Shown: positions 19,046 to 30,600, numbered from the stretch's first letter. The stretch is 64,000 nt of DNA from an uncultured Actinomycetota bacterium (GCA_963703505.1 CAVPEL010000010.1:206214-270213); one strand, 5' to 3'. Numbers and translations: made by a program. Notes: generated by a model not told the origin, from the sequence alone.

Positions 19046-20383
19046 CTACAGGACGGGCAGGTACCGGTCCCGCTCGAAGGTGGTCACCTGGCGCTGGTAC
19101 TCGGCCCACTCCGCGCGCTTGTTGCGCAGCACGAAGTCGAAGACGTGCTCCCCCAGGGTCTCCGCGGCCAGCTCGGAGCGCTCCATCGCCGCGATCGCCT
19201 CGGCGAGCGAAGCCGGCAGCGGGTCGATGCCCAACGCGCGGCGCTCGCCGTCGGTCAGCGCCCACACGTCATCCTCGGCGCCGTCGGGCAGCTCGTACCC
19301 CTCTTCGATGCCCTTGAGCCCCGCCGCCAGCAGCATCGCGAACGCCAGGTAGGGGTTGCAGGAGGAGTCCGGCGAGCGGATCTCGATGCGGGTGGCGTTG
19401 CCCTTCGCCGGCTTGTACATCGGCACCCGGACCAGCGCGGACCGGTTGTTGTGGCCCCAGCAGATGTAGGCCGGCGCCTCGCCGCCACCGAACAGCCGCT
19501 TGTAGCTGTTCACCCACTGGTTGGTGACCAAGGTGAACTCCGCGGCGTGCCGCAGCAGCCCGGCGATGAATGCGCGGCCGGTCTTGGACAGCTGGTACGG
19601 AGCGCCCGCCTCGTAGAACGCGTTGCGGTCACCCTCGAACAGCGACAGGTGGGTGTGCATGCCCGAGCCGGGGTGCTCGGTGAACGGCTTGGGCATGAAC
19701 GAGGCGTACACGCCCTGCTCCAGGGCGCACTCCTTCATGACGAGCCGGAACGACATGATGTTGTCGGCGGTGGTGAGCGCGTCCGCGTAGCGCAGGTCGA
19801 TCTCCTGCTGGCCGGGCGCGCCCTCGTGGTGGCTGTACTCCACCGAGATGCCCATGTTCTCCAGCATGGTGATGGCGCTGCGCCGGAAGTCGTGACCGAG
19901 CCGGTGCGGGGTGTGGTCGAAGTAACCGCCGGCGTCCACCGGGACCGGCATCTGACCCGGCGTCGGCTGGCCCTCGAAGAGGAAGAACTCGATCTCGGGG
20001 TGCGTGTAGAAGCTGAAACCAAGGTCGGCGGCCTTGGCCAGCGCGCGCTTGAGCACGTACCGCGGGTCGGCGTAGGACGGCGTCCCGTCCGGCATCAGGA
20101 TGTCGCAGAACATCCGCGCGGTCCCCGGAGCCTCCGAGCGCCACGGCAGCAGCTGGAAGGTCGCGGGATCCGGCTTGGCGAGCATGTCGGACTCGTACAC
20201 CCGGGCGAAGCCCTCGATCGCCGATCCGTCGAACCCCATGCCTTCGGCGAAGGCCCCTTCGAGCTCGGCTGGGGCGACTGCCACGGACTTGAGGTAGCCC
20301 AGCACGTCGGTGAACCACAGCCGCACGAAGCGCACGTCCCGCTCCTCGAGCGTGCGAAGTACGAACTCGGTCTGCTTATCCAT
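19046..20383 (-). CDS. glnA: Glutamine synthetase type I (GlnA2-like)
   Basis: MDKQTEFVLRTLEERDVRFVRLWFTDVLGYLKSVAVAPAELEGAF... resembles what I recall of the mycobacterial GlnA2 N-terminus. 445 aa and intact. No Shine-Dalgarno sequence precedes the ATG at 20383. Confidence 0.95.
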   Translation of the reverse strand: MDKQTEFVLRTLEERDVRFVRLWFTDVLGYLKSVAVAPAELEGAFAEGMGFDGSAIEGFARVYESDMLAKPDPATFQLLPWRSEAPGTARMFCDILMPDGTPSYADPRYVLKRALAKAADLGFSFYTHPEIEFFLFEGQPTPGQMPVPVDAGGYFDHTPHRLGHDFRRSAITMLENMGISVEYSHHEGAPGQQEIDLRYADALTTADNIMSFRLVMKECALEQGVYASFMPKPFTEHPGSGMHTHLSLFEGDRNAFYEAGAPYQLSKTGRAFIAGLLRHAAEFTLVTNQWVNSYKRLFGGGEAPAYICWGHNNRSALVRVPMYKPAKGNATRIEIRSPDSSCNPYLAFAMLLAAGLKGIEEGYELPDGAEDDVWALTDGERRALGIDPLPASLAEAIAAMERSELAAETLGEHVFDFVLRNKRAEWAEYQRQVTTFERDRYLPVL

Positions 20384-20405
20384 GGGCCCAGTCTGGCGTC
20401 GATGT

Positions 20406-20421
20406 GTTTCCGGGGCGTTAC
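20406..20421 (-). promoter_or_regulatory. Candidate GlnR-type box GTAAC-N6-GAAAC in the glnA2/nadE divergent region
   Basis: The minus strand reads gtaacgccccggaaac, which fits the gTnAc-n6-GaAAc pattern I recall for actinobacterial GlnR. It lies 23-38 nt upstream of the glnA2 ATG and 55-70 nt upstream of the nadE ATG. Confidence 0.3.
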
Positions 20422-20475
20422 GTGCCGGGCCGCCACGCGAGAAGCACCCCGGCGGCTCACGACTAGGCTTGATCC

Positions 20476-22317
20476 ATGCCTCAGCTGCGCGTAGGACTCG
20501 TCCAGGCTGACCTGTGCGTCGGTGACCTGGACGGCAACGCCGACCAGGTCCTGCGCTGGGCGCGGCACGCCCGGTCCAACGGCGCCCACCTGGTGGCGTT
20601 CCCGGAGATGGCGCTGACCGGCTACCCCGCCGAAGACCTGGTGCTGCGGGCCTCCTTCGTCGACGCCTCCTTGGCCGCTCTCGAGGACGTGACCAAGCGC
20701 CTCTTCGCTGAAGGCCTCGGCGATCTCGCCGTCGTCGTCGGCTACCTGGACCGCGACGCGTCCGGCCGCCCGCAGAACAGCGCCGCATTCCTGTACCAGG
20801 GACGGGTCGTCGCCCGGTACGCCAAGCACCACCTTCCGAACTACGGCGTCTTCGACGAGTTCCGCTACTTCACCCCGGGCGAGCGACTGCCGATCGTGCG
20901 GCTGCACGGCATCGACGTCGCCACCATCATCTGCGAGGACCTGTGGCAGGGCGGTGGACCGATGGTCGCCGCCGGCCGGGCGCGCGCCGGGCTCGTGCTC
21001 GTCCTCAACGGCTCGCCCTACGAGCGGGGCAAGGGCGGGACCCGGCTGGAGCTGGCGCGCCGCCGGGCGGCCGACGCGCAGACGACGATCGCCTACGTCA
21101 ACCTCGTCGGCGGCCAGGACGAACTGGTCTTCGATGGCGGCTCGTTCGTGGTGACCTCCGCTGGCGCCCTCCTCGCGCAGGCGCCCGCGTTCGAGGCGGG
21201 TCTGGTGCTCGCCGACCTCGACCTTCCCGCGGCCTCCAGCGACGACTTCGGCACTCTCGACGTCGAGGACGGCACCCGGATGGTGGTGGAACGCGTCACC
21301 ATCAGCCCCGAGCCGCCAGCGCCCTACGTCCCGCAGCCCTCCCACCTCGCGCCGCAGCTGTCCGACGAGGCGGAGGTGTACACCGCGCTGGTCACCGCAA
21401 CCCGGGACTACGTCCGCAAGAACGGGTTCCGCTCGGTCGTGCTCGGCCTGTCCGGCGGTATCGACTCCGCGCTGGTCGCGACCCTCGCCGTCGACGCACT
21501 CGGCGCAGCGGGCGTGCACGGCGTGGCGATGCCGAGCCGCTACTCCTCCGAGCACTCCCTCGCAGATGCGGAAGACCTCGCGTCCCGGCAGCAGCTGAGC
21601 TACACCGTCGTCCCGATCGGGCCGATGGTCGAGGCGTTCGAGGGCGCACTGCCGCTTGAGGGGCTTGCCGCTGAGAACCTGCAGGCACGCCTGCGCGGGA
21701 TGACGCTGATGGCGCTGTCGAACACCCACGGCCACCTCGTCCTCACCACCGGCAACAAGAGCGAGCTGGCGGTCGGCTACTCCACCCTCTACGGCGACAC
21801 CGCCGGCGGGTTCGCGCCGATCAAGGACGTACCGAAGACCCTCGTCTGGGCGCTCGCGCGTTGGCGCAACCGGGTCGCCGTCGATCGCGGGCAGGTGCCG
21901 CCGATCCCGGAGAACAGCATCACCAAAGCACCGAGTGCCGAGCTACGGCCCGGCCAGCTCGACGCCGACTCGTTGCCGGACTACTACGTGCTGGACCGGC
22001 TGTTGGAGGACTACGTCGGCGGTGACCTGGGCCGAGACGCGCTGGTCGCGGCCGGCCACGACCCGGACGTCGTCGACCGCGTGCTGCGGCTGGTGGACGC
22101 GGCGGAGTACAAGCGCCGCCAGTACCCACCGGGCCCCAAGATCTCGGCGCGGAACTTCGGTCGCGACCGGCGGCTGCCGATCACCAGCCGTTGGCACAAG
22201 CCGGCGAGCGCCGACACTCCGGCCAGCACCGACACTCCGGCCAACACCGACATTCCGACGCGCCGTCGAGCCGCCGCCGAGCCTGCCACCGCCGATCCAG
22301 CCACCGCCGAGGAGTAA
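20476..22317 (+). CDS. nadE: Glutamine-dependent NAD+ synthetase
   Basis: Has an N-terminal nitrilase/CN-hydrolase domain ([13 protein letters not shown]...ICEDLW) and an NAD-synthetase domain ([15 protein letters not shown]). The 613-aa ORF is intact and has a repetitive C-terminal tail. Confidence 0.95.
   Translation: MPQLRVGLVQADLCVGDLDGNADQVLRWARHARSNGAHLVAFPEMALTGYPAEDLVLRASFVDASLAALEDVTKRLFAEGLGDLAVVVGYLDRDASGRPQNSAAFLYQGRVVARYAKHHLPNYGVFDEFRYFTPGERLPIVRLHGIDVATIICEDLWQGGGPMVAAGRARAGLVLVLNGSPYERGKGGTRLELARRRAADAQTTIAYVNLVGGQDELVFDGGSFVVTSAGALLAQAPAFEAGLVLADLDLPAASSDDFGTLDVEDGTRMVVERVTISPEPPAPYVPQPSHLAPQLSDEAEVYTALVTATRDYVRKNGFRSVVLGLSGGIDSALVATLAVDALGAAGVHGVAMPSRYSSEHSLADAEDLASRQQLSYTVVPIGPMVEAFEGALPLEGLAAENLQARLRGMTLMALSNTHGHLVLTTGNKSELAVGYSTLYGDTAGGFAPIKDVPKTLVWALARWRNRVAVDRGQVPPIPENSITKAPSAELRPGQLDADSLPDYYVLDRLLEDYVGGDLGRDALVAAGHDPDVVDRVLRLVDAAEYKRRQYPPGPKISARNFGRDRRLPITSRWHKPASADTPASTDTPANTDIPTRRRAAAEPATADPATAEE
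22210..22260 (+). repeat. Tandem 18-nt repeat encoding (A/T)DTPA(S/N) x about 3 in the nadE C-terminal tail
   Basis: gccgacactccggccagc / accgacactccggccaac / accgacattccgacg, translating to [18 protein letters not shown]. Confidence 0.6.
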
Positions 22318-22370
22318 TCTTCCGGTGTCCGGGGACGCCGAACGGCGCCTCGAGGCTGGGAGGTTCCACC

Positions 22371-23199
22371 ATGTCCGAGACGAGCCTGTACGGCGCCGCC
22401 GTACGTCGCGTCCGCATCCCCCACCTGCACGCCGCCAAGGAACGCGGCGAGAAGTGGGCGATGCTCACCGCCTACGACCAGTACTCCGCCGAGATCTTCG
22501 ACGCCGCCGGGATCCCGGTGCTGCTGGTCGGCGACTCCGCGGCCAACAACGTGCTCGGCTACACCACGACGCTGCCCATCACGGTCGACGAGCTGCTGCC
22601 GTTGGTGCGCGCGGTGGTCGGCGCCAGCCACCGTGCACTGGTCGTCGCCGACCTGCCGTTCGGCACCTACCAGGCGTCGCCCGAGCAGGCACTCGCCACC
22701 GCAGTGCGCTTCATGAAGGAAGGCGGCGCGCACGCCGTCAAGCTCGAGGGCGGCCGACACGTCGCCGCGCATGTCCAGGCGCTGGTCGGCGCCGGGATCC
22801 CCGTCATGGGACACATCGGCTTCACCCCGCAGAGCGAGCACCAGCTCGGTGGCTACCGGGTGCAGGGTCGCGGCGATGGCGCGGCGGAGCTGCTGGACGA
22901 CGGCGCTGGCGCTGCAGGACGCCGGTGCGTTCGCCGTCGTGCTGGAGATGGTGCCGGCGCTGGTCGCCAAGAACCTGACCGCCGAGCTGGCGATCCCCAC
23001 GATCGGGATCGGCGCCGGGGTCGACTGCGATGCCCAGGTGAACGTCTGGCAGGACATGGCGGGGCTGCGGGCCGACCCGGTGCCGCGCTTCGTCAAGCGG
23101 TACGCCGATCTGCGCGGAGTTCTCACCGCTGCGGCGACGGCATTCGCGGCGGACGTGGCCGCCGGCAGCTACCCGGGTCCCGAGCACGCCTACGAGTGA
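22371..23199 (+). pseudogene. panB: 3-methyl-2-oxobutanoate hydroxymethyltransferase, one frameshift near 22897
   Basis: MSETSLYG...[34 protein letters not shown]...[17 protein letters not shown] is in one frame. [39 protein letters not shown]... is in the next frame. Confidence 0.9.
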
Positions 23200-23217
23200 C
23201 CTGAGAGGGCGCCGCCC

Positions 23218-24514
23218 CTACCGGACCACGAGAAAGTCGTCGGGGGCGCGCGGCGGTCGGAGCTTGGGTGGTGCGGCCGCGTGCCCGATGGCGACCACAC
23301 CCATCGGCTCCCAGTCGTGCGGCAGGTCCAGCGCGCGAGTGACCACCGGACGACAGAACATGGTCGAGGAAACCCACGCCGAGCCGAGCCCCTCGACGGT
23401 GAGGGATACCAGCAGGTTCTCCACGCCTGCCCCCATCGCGACGAGGAACATCTCCCGCTCCGCGGTGGCGCGGCGCACGTCCGGGTAGTCGTGGGCCGCA
23501 TCGGTGACCAGGCACGGAACGGCGAGGTACGGCGCGCGCCGCAGCACGTCGCCCCGGCGAGTGCGTCGGGCGATCTGCTCGTCGGTGAAACCGTCGCCGC
23601 GCAGGTCGGCGATCCAGGCGTCGAGCATGGCGTCCAGCAGGGCGGTGCGCGACTCGGCGCTCTCCAGCAGCACGAACCGCCACGGCGTGGAGTGGTGCGG
23701 CGCCGGCGCGGTGATCGCCGCCGCGACGGCCCGGCGGACCGCGGCGGGGTCGACTGGTTCGGAGGTGAACTCCCGGACGGTCCGGCGCGCGGTCACCACG
23801 TCGGCTGAGCCGAACCGGAACATGTCCTCGTCCGCCGGCCGGATCACCGGCCGCACGCCGTCGCCGTCGGTCTCGGTCACCCGATGGGCCAGACCGCGGA
23901 CGATCGCCACCGGCACGTTCGCGGTCTTGCCCTTGACGAGGTCGCCGGCCGCGGCGAGCTCGTCGCACACCGCGGTGACGGTGACCTCCATCGTGGTGCC
24001 GAACGTGTCCGGGCTTGCCCCTCAGGTCGTCCAGCGCGTCGAGGCCGGCCACGCCGACCGCGACGTCGGTCAGCCCGGCTCGCCACGGCCGGCCGAAGGT
24101 GTCCGACACCACGACGCCGACGACGACGCCGAGCCGTTCACGCAGCCCGGCCCGCAGCCGTCGCGCCGAGGCGTCGGAGTCCTCCGGCAACAGGAGCACC
24201 GTGCCCGGGGAGGTGTTGGACGCATCGACGCCCGCCGCCGCGAGCACGAACCCCTGCCTGGTCTGGACGATCCGGGTCGCCCCTCGGCGGGCTACGACCC
24301 GGACCGTTTCGGCATCGATGGCCGCCTCACGGTCGAGGCCGCGGACGATCCTGCCTTCCGCCTTGGAGACGACCTTCGAGGTCACCACGACGATGTCGCC
24401 GTCGCGAAGGTCCGGGGCGGCCTTTGCGATGTGCGCGGCCAGGTCGTCGCCGGCTTGCACCTCGGGAAGGCCTGCTACTCCGTGAATCTCTAGGACGACG
24501 CCGTTCTGGCTCAC
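23218..24514 (-). pseudogene. fbiB: Bifunctional F420 gamma-glutamyl ligase / dehydro-F420-0 reductase (FbiB), one frameshift near 24005
   Basis: The CofE-like N-terminal domain ([14 protein letters not shown]...[13 protein letters not shown]) and the nitroreductase-like C-terminal domain ([15 protein letters not shown]...) lie in different frames. The junction is KP[g]DTFGTTMEV. Confidence 0.9.
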
Positions 24515-25197
24515 TCGCCCCCTCCTGCGACATGCGAGAGCCCGGCGATGGCGACCCCCGACCTGATCTTGTAACGCTTGTTGATGGAGATGAGGACCGC
24601 GGTGAACGCCTCCAGCTGGCCGGCCAACCGCAGCGCTCCACTGTCGACACCGGGGCGCCCGCTGACGGTGCGCGCCAGCTCGCAGACGGTGGCTTTGGCG
24701 TCGGTGTCGTCGCCGACGACCAGGACGTCCTCGTGGCTCAGATCGCCGTCGGGGTCGATGAGGTTCACGGCCGAGACGTGGTGGAACGCCGCCACGAGTC
24801 GGGCACCCGGGAGCAGCTCAGCGGCCTGTTCGGCGGCGCTGCCCTGCGGCACGTCGAGCCCGAACGGCCCTGATTTGTCGAAGCCGAGCGGGTTCACGCA
24901 GCTGACGACGACCTTGCCGTTGAGCACGTCCCGCAGCTCGGTGAGCAGCTCGCTGTGGCCGGCGTACGGCACCGCGAGAATGACCACGTCGGCGGCGGCC
25001 GCGGCATCGACGTTGCCGGCACCCGTCACCGCGCCCACAACCTTGGCCATGGCGCCGATCTCCACGGCTGTGGCCGCGGCACGTTGCGCGGACCGTGAGC
25101 CGATGATGACGTCGTGGCCGCCTCGGGCGAACCGGTAGGCCAGCCCCTTGCCTTGCGGCCCGGTGCCGCCGATCAACGCGATCACGGGCTTGCTCAC
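24511..25197 (-). CDS. NADPH-dependent F420 reductase (Fno/NpdG-like)
   Basis: GTG start preceded by GAGGAG. Sequence: [35 protein letters not shown]... Its stop overlaps the fbiB start (GTGA). Confidence 0.85.
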   Translation of the reverse strand: MSKPVIALIGGTGPQGKGLAYRFARGGHDVIIGSRSAQRAAATAVEIGAMAKVVGAVTGAGNVDAAAAADVVILAVPYAGHSELLTELRDVLNGKVVVSCVNPLGFDKSGPFGLDVPQGSAAEQAAELLPGARLVAAFHHVSAVNLIDPDGDLSHEDVLVVGDDTDAKATVCELARTVSGRPGVDSGALRLAGQLEAFTAVLISINKRYKIRSGVAIAGLSHVAGGGE

Positions 25198-25216
25198 GAC
25201 TATCGTCTCCTCGGGT

Positions 25217-27835
25217 TCAACGCATGTATCGATTCGTCCGACAGGGCAAGCGGTGCAACGCGGTCGAGCGTTCATCTACTCCAGGAGCGCGAGCTGACGT
25301 CGGTGGGACGCAGCGGCCCGCTCGGGCGAGCACCTCGCCGTACGTGGTGGTGCGCTGGCGGGCCGGCCGGCCGATGCCCGCTGCCAACGCCTCCAGGTCG
25401 GCGACCGTCTTGGCCGAGCCGTGCTGCGACCCGGCCATCCGCGAGATCGTCTCCTCCATGAGCGTGCCGCCGACGTCGTTGGCACCGCCGGTCAGCATCG
25501 CCTGGGTGCCGGCGACGCCGAGCTTGACCCAGCTCGTCTGGATGTTGTCGATCGACCCATGCAACAGGAGCCGGGCCATCGCATGGACGACCCGGTTCTC
25601 CCGCATCGTCGGACCCGGCCGAGCGATGCCGGCCAGGTAGACCGGTGCATTGGTGTGCACGAACGGCAACGGCACGAACTCGGTGAAACCGCCGGTGTCG
25701 CGCTGGATCTTCCGCAGCAGCCGCAGGTGGGCGAGCCAGTGGCCCGCATGGTCCACATGCCCGTACATCATCGTGCTGCTGGTCCGGATCCCCAACCGGT
25801 GCGCGGTGGTGATGACGTCGATCCAAGCGGCGGTCGGCAGCTTGCCCTTGGTGAGGACCCAACGCACCTCGTCGTCCAAGATCTCGGCGGCGGTACCGGG
25901 CACCGTGTCCAGGCCGGCCTCCTTGGCCTCGGCCAGCCAGTCGTGGATGGACATCCCGGTACGCGAGGCACCGTTGACGATCTCCATAGGGCTGAACGCG
26001 TGCAGGTGCATCTGCGGTTCACGCCGCTTGACCTCGCGCGCGATGTCGAAGTACGCCGTGCCCGGCAGATCGGGATGGATGCCGCCCTGCATGCACACCT
26101 CGGTCGCGCCGACCTCCCACGCCTCGGCCACCCGGTCCGCGATCTGCGCCAGGGACAACGTGAAGGCGTCGGCGTCCGTGCGCCGCTGAGCGAATGCACA
26201 GAACCGGCAACCGGTGTAGCAGACGTTGGTGAAGTTGATGTTGCGGTTGACGACGTAGGTCACGTCGTCGCCGACGGTGTCGCGCCGCACGTCGTCAGCC
26301 AGGTGGCACAACGCCTCCAAGGCCGGCCCGTCAGCGGCGAACAGCGCCAACGCCTGCGGGTCGGTGAGCCGCCCCGGGTCGTCGGCCGCCACAATCAGCG
26401 CCTCGCGCGCATCGCCGGCAAGACGGTGCGGCGCGCTCTGCTGCGCGTGCACCTGTTCGCCCAGGGCCCGCCAGTCGCCGTACACCGCATCGAAGTCCCC
26501 GCGCCGGTCTGCCGACCGACCCACCGTGTCGATGGTCGCGTGCAGGTCGGTGCGTCCGTGCGCCTGCGCGAGCCCGCCATCGGGTTCCTGCCACGGCTGC
26601 CCGACCGGCTGTCGACCCTCGACGGCGAGACCGTCATCATCGGCGAGTGCCAGCACGTGCGGCATCACCCGCGGGTCGATCCACGGGTCGGGCTCCAGCA
26701 CGTACTGCGGGTGGGCGGTGAGCCGTTCCCGCAGCACGAACCCCGACTCCGCGGTGGCCCGCGTCAGGTCGTCCAGCTCCGGCCAAGGCCGCTCCGGGTT
26801 CACGTGGTCCGGGGTCAACGGCGACACCCCACCCCAGTCGTCCACCCCCGCCCGCAGCAACAGCGCCAACCCACTCGGGTCGGTGAGGTTCGGCGGGGCT
26901 TGTATCCGCATCCGCGGCCCCAGGACCAGGCGCGCCACCGCGATCGTCGCGGCGTACTCCTGCGCCTCGACGTCGGGCACGCCGCGCATCGCGGTGTCGT
27001 CCTTGGCCCGGAAGTTCTGGACGATCACCTCCTGGATCCCTCCGTACAGGCGGGCGATGCGGCGGATCGCGAACAGCGCCTCAGCGCGCTCACTGGCCGT
27101 CTCCCCGATCCCCACCAAGATGCCCGTGGTGAAGGGGATCGACAGCCGGCCCGCGTCTTCCAGCACCCGCAGCCGCACCGCCGGCTCCTTGTCAGGGGAA
27201 CCGAAATGCGGCCCGGATGGCTCCGACCACAACCGGTCGGCCGTGGTCTCCAGCATCATCCCCATCGACGGCGCGACCGGCTTCAGCCGCTGCAGATCCG
27301 ACCACGACATGACGCCGGGGTTGAGGTGCGGCAACAAGCCGGTCTCCTCCAACACCCGGATCGCCATCGCCCGCACGTAGGACAACGTGTCGTCGTACCC
27401 GTGCGCCTCGAGCCATTCGCGTGCGGCCGACCACCGGTCCTCGGGCCGATCCCCCAACGTGAACAGTGCCTCCTTGCACCCCATCGCCGCACCTCGACGT
27501 GCGATCTCCAGCACCTCGTCAGGGCCGAGGAACGGCGCGGGCAACCGACCCGGGACTGTCGCAAAGGTGCAGTAGTGGCACCGGTCTCGACACAGCCGGG
27601 TCAGCGGGATGAAGACCTTGCGCGAGTACGTCACTACGCCCGAGCGGCCGGCATCGATCAGCCCCTGGTCACGGACCCGGGACGCGGTGGTCAGCAGATC
27701 CTCCAGGTCGTCGCCGCGCGCGTGCAGCAGCACCGAAGCCTCAGTCGGGTCCACCGTCACTCCGTCGCGCGCCCGGCGCAGCGCGCGACGCATCGCCGAA
27801 GCCGTCGGGACCGGCAGAGGGGTCGGCTCACTCAT
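25217..27835 (-). CDS. fbiC: FO (7,8-didemethyl-8-hydroxy-5-deazariboflavin) synthase, fused CofG+CofH
   Basis: 872-aa intact ORF with two radical-SAM cores ([10 protein letters not shown] and [10 protein letters not shown]). Confidence 0.95.
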   Translation of the reverse strand: MSEPTPLPVPTASAMRRALRRARDGVTVDPTEASVLLHARGDDLEDLLTTASRVRDQGLIDAGRSGVVTYSRKVFIPLTRLCRDRCHYCTFATVPGRLPAPFLGPDEVLEIARRGAAMGCKEALFTLGDRPEDRWSAAREWLEAHGYDDTLSYVRAMAIRVLEETGLLPHLNPGVMSWSDLQRLKPVAPSMGMMLETTADRLWSEPSGPHFGSPDKEPAVRLRVLEDAGRLSIPFTTGILVGIGETASERAEALFAIRRIARLYGGIQEVIVQNFRAKDDTAMRGVPDVEAQEYAATIAVARLVLGPRMRIQAPPNLTDPSGLALLLRAGVDDWGGVSPLTPDHVNPERPWPELDDLTRATAESGFVLRERLTAHPQYVLEPDPWIDPRVMPHVLALADDDGLAVEGRQPVGQPWQEPDGGLAQAHGRTDLHATIDTVGRSADRRGDFDAVYGDWRALGEQVHAQQSAPHRLAGDAREALIVAADDPGRLTDPQALALFAADGPALEALCHLADDVRRDTVGDDVTYVVNRNINFTNVCYTGCRFCAFAQRRTDADAFTLSLAQIADRVAEAWEVGATEVCMQGGIHPDLPGTAYFDIAREVKRREPQMHLHAFSPMEIVNGASRTGMSIHDWLAEAKEAGLDTVPGTAAEILDDEVRWVLTKGKLPTAAWIDVITTAHRLGIRTSSTMMYGHVDHAGHWLAHLRLLRKIQRDTGGFTEFVPLPFVHTNAPVYLAGIARPGPTMRENRVVHAMARLLLHGSIDNIQTSWVKLGVAGTQAMLTGGANDVGGTLMEETISRMAGSQHGSAKTVADLEALAAGIGRPARQRTTTYGEVLARAGRCVPPTSARAPGVDERSTALHRLPCRTNRYMR

Positions 27836-28039
27836 GCGACGTCGTCCACCCCGGCGCGACCTCTCAGTGCCATCACGAACCCTTCTGGCAGCCGCGTCAC
27901 GAGACCGCTACAGCTGGACCGCTTACAAACCCTACGCGGTGACAATCGGCGCTCCATCGACCGGCGGCCGCTCCCTGCCACCGCGCGCGTGAACGTGTCG
28001 CAGTCCCCCGCAGCATCGGTGGTGCGCAACGATGATCGC

Positions 28040-28651
28040 ATGGACAGATCACGGGTGGCGGTGTTGCGCGAGCTGCTCGCGGGCACCGGCTGGGTTGAGC
28101 GCAGCCGCCGGTTCGGCGGCACACTGCGCAGCGCCGGGCACGGTTCCGGCGGGTTGCTCGTCGTCGGCACACCCGAGGACGAACCATGGCACCTGACCGC
28201 ACATCTCGATGACGAGGCACGTCTAGGTGGACTGCCTGACCTGCGTCCGACGCTCGTACGGTGGGCTCCCCCGGCAGGTGCCCCTGCCCACCTGGCGATC
28301 GGCATGGAACGGCTCGAACAGGCGCGCCGTGGCGAGACCGTCTTCGTCGTCGCGCCGGGGGCAGCCCCGGTTCCCCTGCTGGAGCGGGCCTGGGACGCCC
28401 GCAAGGTCGGGGTGACCGTGCTGTCGATGAACGGCGGTGATACCGAGCTGGATGGCGTCGCGCACGAAACCCTCGTAGTTCCAGCCGAATCCGACACTGG
28501 ACTCGTCGTCCCCGACTTCGACCTGGTCTCCCACCTCGTGACAGCGGCTGCCGGCGAAGCACCCCACAGCGCTTCGCGAACCGGCGGGATGCGTGACCGC
28601 CTGGCCCGTTTTCTCGACATGGTCGGCGGTTCTGAGGTTCCGGGCGCCTAG
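28040..28651 (+). CDS. Conserved hypothetical protein divergent from fbiC
   Basis: Starts MDRSRVAVLRELLAGTGWVE, about 203 aa. In the ORF track it is the tail of a 1076-aa ORF whose upstream part is antisense to fbiC. Confidence 0.55.
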   Translation: MDRSRVAVLRELLAGTGWVERSRRFGGTLRSAGHGSGGLLVVGTPEDEPWHLTAHLDDEARLGGLPDLRPTLVRWAPPAGAPAHLAIGMERLEQARRGETVFVVAPGAAPVPLLERAWDARKVGVTVLSMNGGDTELDGVAHETLVVPAESDTGLVVPDFDLVSHLVTAAAGEAPHSASRTGGMRDRLARFLDMVGGSEVPGA

Positions 28652-28793
28652 ACCTCGGTCGACGGACGTGATAATTCACACGAAGTTTCCACGCGAAACG
28701 TCGGCCCGGTTCCTCGCATCCTTGTGACCACGGTGACATCGTGCTCTCAGCGTTCGGTCATCGGATCGAACCACAATCGCCGAGGAGGCACGC

Positions 28794-29363
28794 GTGCCGG
28801 CAAAGTTCGTGCTGAAGAAGGGCCGAACAGGAAAGTTCAGCTTCGCCCTGCACGGCACAAGCGGACAGCTGCTCGTCAAGTCCGACGACTACGCCACCAA
28901 GCGGGCGGCCCTGGCTGGGATCGCAGCTGTGCAGAACGGTGTCGGCGGCGCCATGGTCGACGACCTGACGGTTGCCGTCGCCGCACCGGCCGCCAAGAAG
29001 GCCGCGGCCAAGCGTCCCGCAGCGAAGAAGGCTGTCGCCAAGAAGGCGGCGCCGACGAAGACCGTTGCGAAGAAGGCTGTGGCCAAGAAGGCTGTGGCCA
29101 AGAAGGCGGCGGCGAAGAAGGTCGTCGCTGCGGACACGCAGGCTGTTGCCACGAAGGTCGTCGCGAAGAAGGTTGTCGCGAAGAAGGCCGCGGCGAAGAA
29201 GGCTCCCGCGAAGCGGCCGCCGCCAAGGCTGCCGCGAAGAAGGTCGCCGCGAAGCGTGGCGGCGCCGGCCAAGACGGCGGCCGCACGCAAGCCCGCAGCG
29301 AAGAAGGCTCCCGCCAAGCGGACCGCCACCAAGCGCACCGCGGCGAAGAAGGCCACCAGCTAG
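28794..29363 (+). CDS. YegP-like (DUF1508) domain fused to a Lys/Ala-rich histone-H1-like tail
   Basis: GTG start preceded by GAGGAGG. N-terminus [47 protein letters not shown], then AKKAV/AAKK repeats with 15-nt DNA tandem units. The stretch 29212-29260 may hold two compensating indels ([14 protein letters not shown] breaks the repeat). Confidence 0.7.
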   Translation: MPAKFVLKKGRTGKFSFALHGTSGQLLVKSDDYATKRAALAGIAAVQNGVGGAMVDDLTVAVAAPAAKKAAAKRPAAKKAVAKKAAPTKTVAKKAVAKKAVAKKAAAKKVVAADTQAVATKVVAKKVVAKKAAAKKAPAKRPPPRLPRRRSPRSVAAPAKTAAARKPAAKKAPAKRTATKRTAAKKATS

Positions 29364-29386
29364 TTCCGCACCAGCACTCGCGGGAT

Positions 29387-29430
29387 CAGCGACGGGGCGC
29401 CACCTGAGTTCAGGTGGCGCCCCGTCGCTG
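29387..29430. terminator. Perfect 21-bp-stem hairpin between convergent genes (bidirectional terminator candidate)
   Basis: cagcgacggggcgccacctga-gt-tcaggtggcgccccgtcgctg. Confidence 0.6.
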
Positions 29431-29473
29431 TCGCATGAGGTGTCGCATCACGAGGTGAGGCAACCCCGACTCG

Positions 29474-29659
29474 TCAGTCGCCCTTGTCCCATTCCTGGTC
29501 TTGTTCTCGCCACTGTTCGTTGCGCTCGGCGGCATGCTCGATCGCGTGCGCCGCCTCGACCTCGGTTGCGTACGGGCCGAGCCGTTGCCGGTTCGGGCAA
29601 CCCGGACCGTGCTCGACAGCCTTGTGGACGAGGCACCAGTACCACTCTGGGTCGCTCAC
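29474..29659 (-). CDS. Small conserved hypothetical protein (61 aa)
   Basis: MSDPEWYWCLVHKAVEHGPGCPNRQRLGPYATEVEAAHAIE... Divergent from map. Confidence 0.55.
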   Translation of the reverse strand: MSDPEWYWCLVHKAVEHGPGCPNRQRLGPYATEVEAAHAIEHAAERNEQWREQDQEWDKGD

Positions 29660-29690
29660 CGGGAGTCCTCTCTAGACTGGCGACCATGAG

Positions 29691-30560
29691 GTGCGCGCGA
29701 TGGTGACGGAACGGCAGTTGGTCCGCCCGGGGACACTGTCCCCTGAGCGAGAGGTTCCCACACGCATCCCGCGACCGGACTACGTCGGGAAGCGCAAGTG
29801 GCGTCCGGGTCACGAGGCTGAGGTGAAGTCGACCGACGTCATCGAGCGCATGCGTATCGCTGGACGCCTCGCCGCACAAGCCCTCGACGAGGTCGGCCGC
29901 CATGTCGCGCCGGGCGTCACCACCGACGAGCTCGACCGGATCGGTCACGAGTTCCTGTGCGACCACGGCGCCTATCCGTCGACGCTCGGCTACCGCGGCT
30001 ACCCCAAGTCGCTGTGCACGTCGGTCAACGAGGTCATCTGCCACGGCATCCCGGACAGCACGGTGCTGCGCGACGGCGACATCGTCAACGTCGACATCAC
30101 CGCCTACATCGGTGGCGTGCACGGCGACACCGACGCCACCTACCTCGTCGGCGACGTCGATGAGGAGTCGCGCCTGCTCGTCGAGCGCACCCACGAGGCG
30201 ATGATGCGCGCGATCAAGGCGGTCATCCCTGGCCGCACCATCAACATCATCGGCCGGGTGATCGAGAGCTACGCCAAGCGGTTCGGCTACGGCGTGGTCC
30301 GCGACTTCACCGGCCACGGCATCGGGACGCTCTTCCACTCAGGCCTGGTCGTCCCGCACTACGACGACCCCCGCCACGACACGCTGATCGTGCCGGGCAT
30401 GACGTTCACCATCGAGCCGATGCTCACGCTCGGCACCATCGACTACGACATGTGGGACGACGACTGGACCGTCGTGACGAAGGACGGCCTGCGCACCGCG
30501 CAGTTCGAGCACACGATCCTGGTCACCGAGACCGGAGCCGAGATCCTCACGCTCGCCTGA
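29691..30560 (+). CDS. map: Type I methionine aminopeptidase
   Basis: Carries the metal-ligand blocks [19 protein letters not shown] and FTIEP...QFEHT. Intact. The start could be a few codons downstream. Confidence 0.95.
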   Translation: MRAMVTERQLVRPGTLSPEREVPTRIPRPDYVGKRKWRPGHEAEVKSTDVIERMRIAGRLAAQALDEVGRHVAPGVTTDELDRIGHEFLCDHGAYPSTLGYRGYPKSLCTSVNEVICHGIPDSTVLRDGDIVNVDITAYIGGVHGDTDATYLVGDVDEESRLLVERTHEAMMRAIKAVIPGRTINIIGRVIESYAKRFGYGVVRDFTGHGIGTLFHSGLVVPHYDDPRHDTLIVPGMTFTIEPMLTLGTIDYDMWDDDWTVVTKDGLRTAQFEHTILVTETGAEILTLA

Positions 30561-30600
30561 GGTTCCCGGTCCGCGAGGCCCCCGGTCCGCGCACCAACCC

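Noticed and set aside
17067-19352. 761-aa plus-strand ORF, with similar long ORFs at 10659-12149, 11968-13998, 12209-14056, 18728-20494 and 20095-21735
   Set aside because: They are antisense or out of frame relative to well-supported genes (glnE, SDR, glnA2, nadE, PAP2, MFS). They have low-complexity Arg/Gly/Pro composition and no recognisable domains.
25421-28651. 1076-aa plus-strand ORF, the longest in the track
   Set aside because: Almost all of it is antisense to fbiC. It translates to Arg/Pro/Gly-rich nonsense, which is typical of stop-poor frames in very GC-rich DNA. Only its last roughly 204 codons (28040-28651) look like a real gene.
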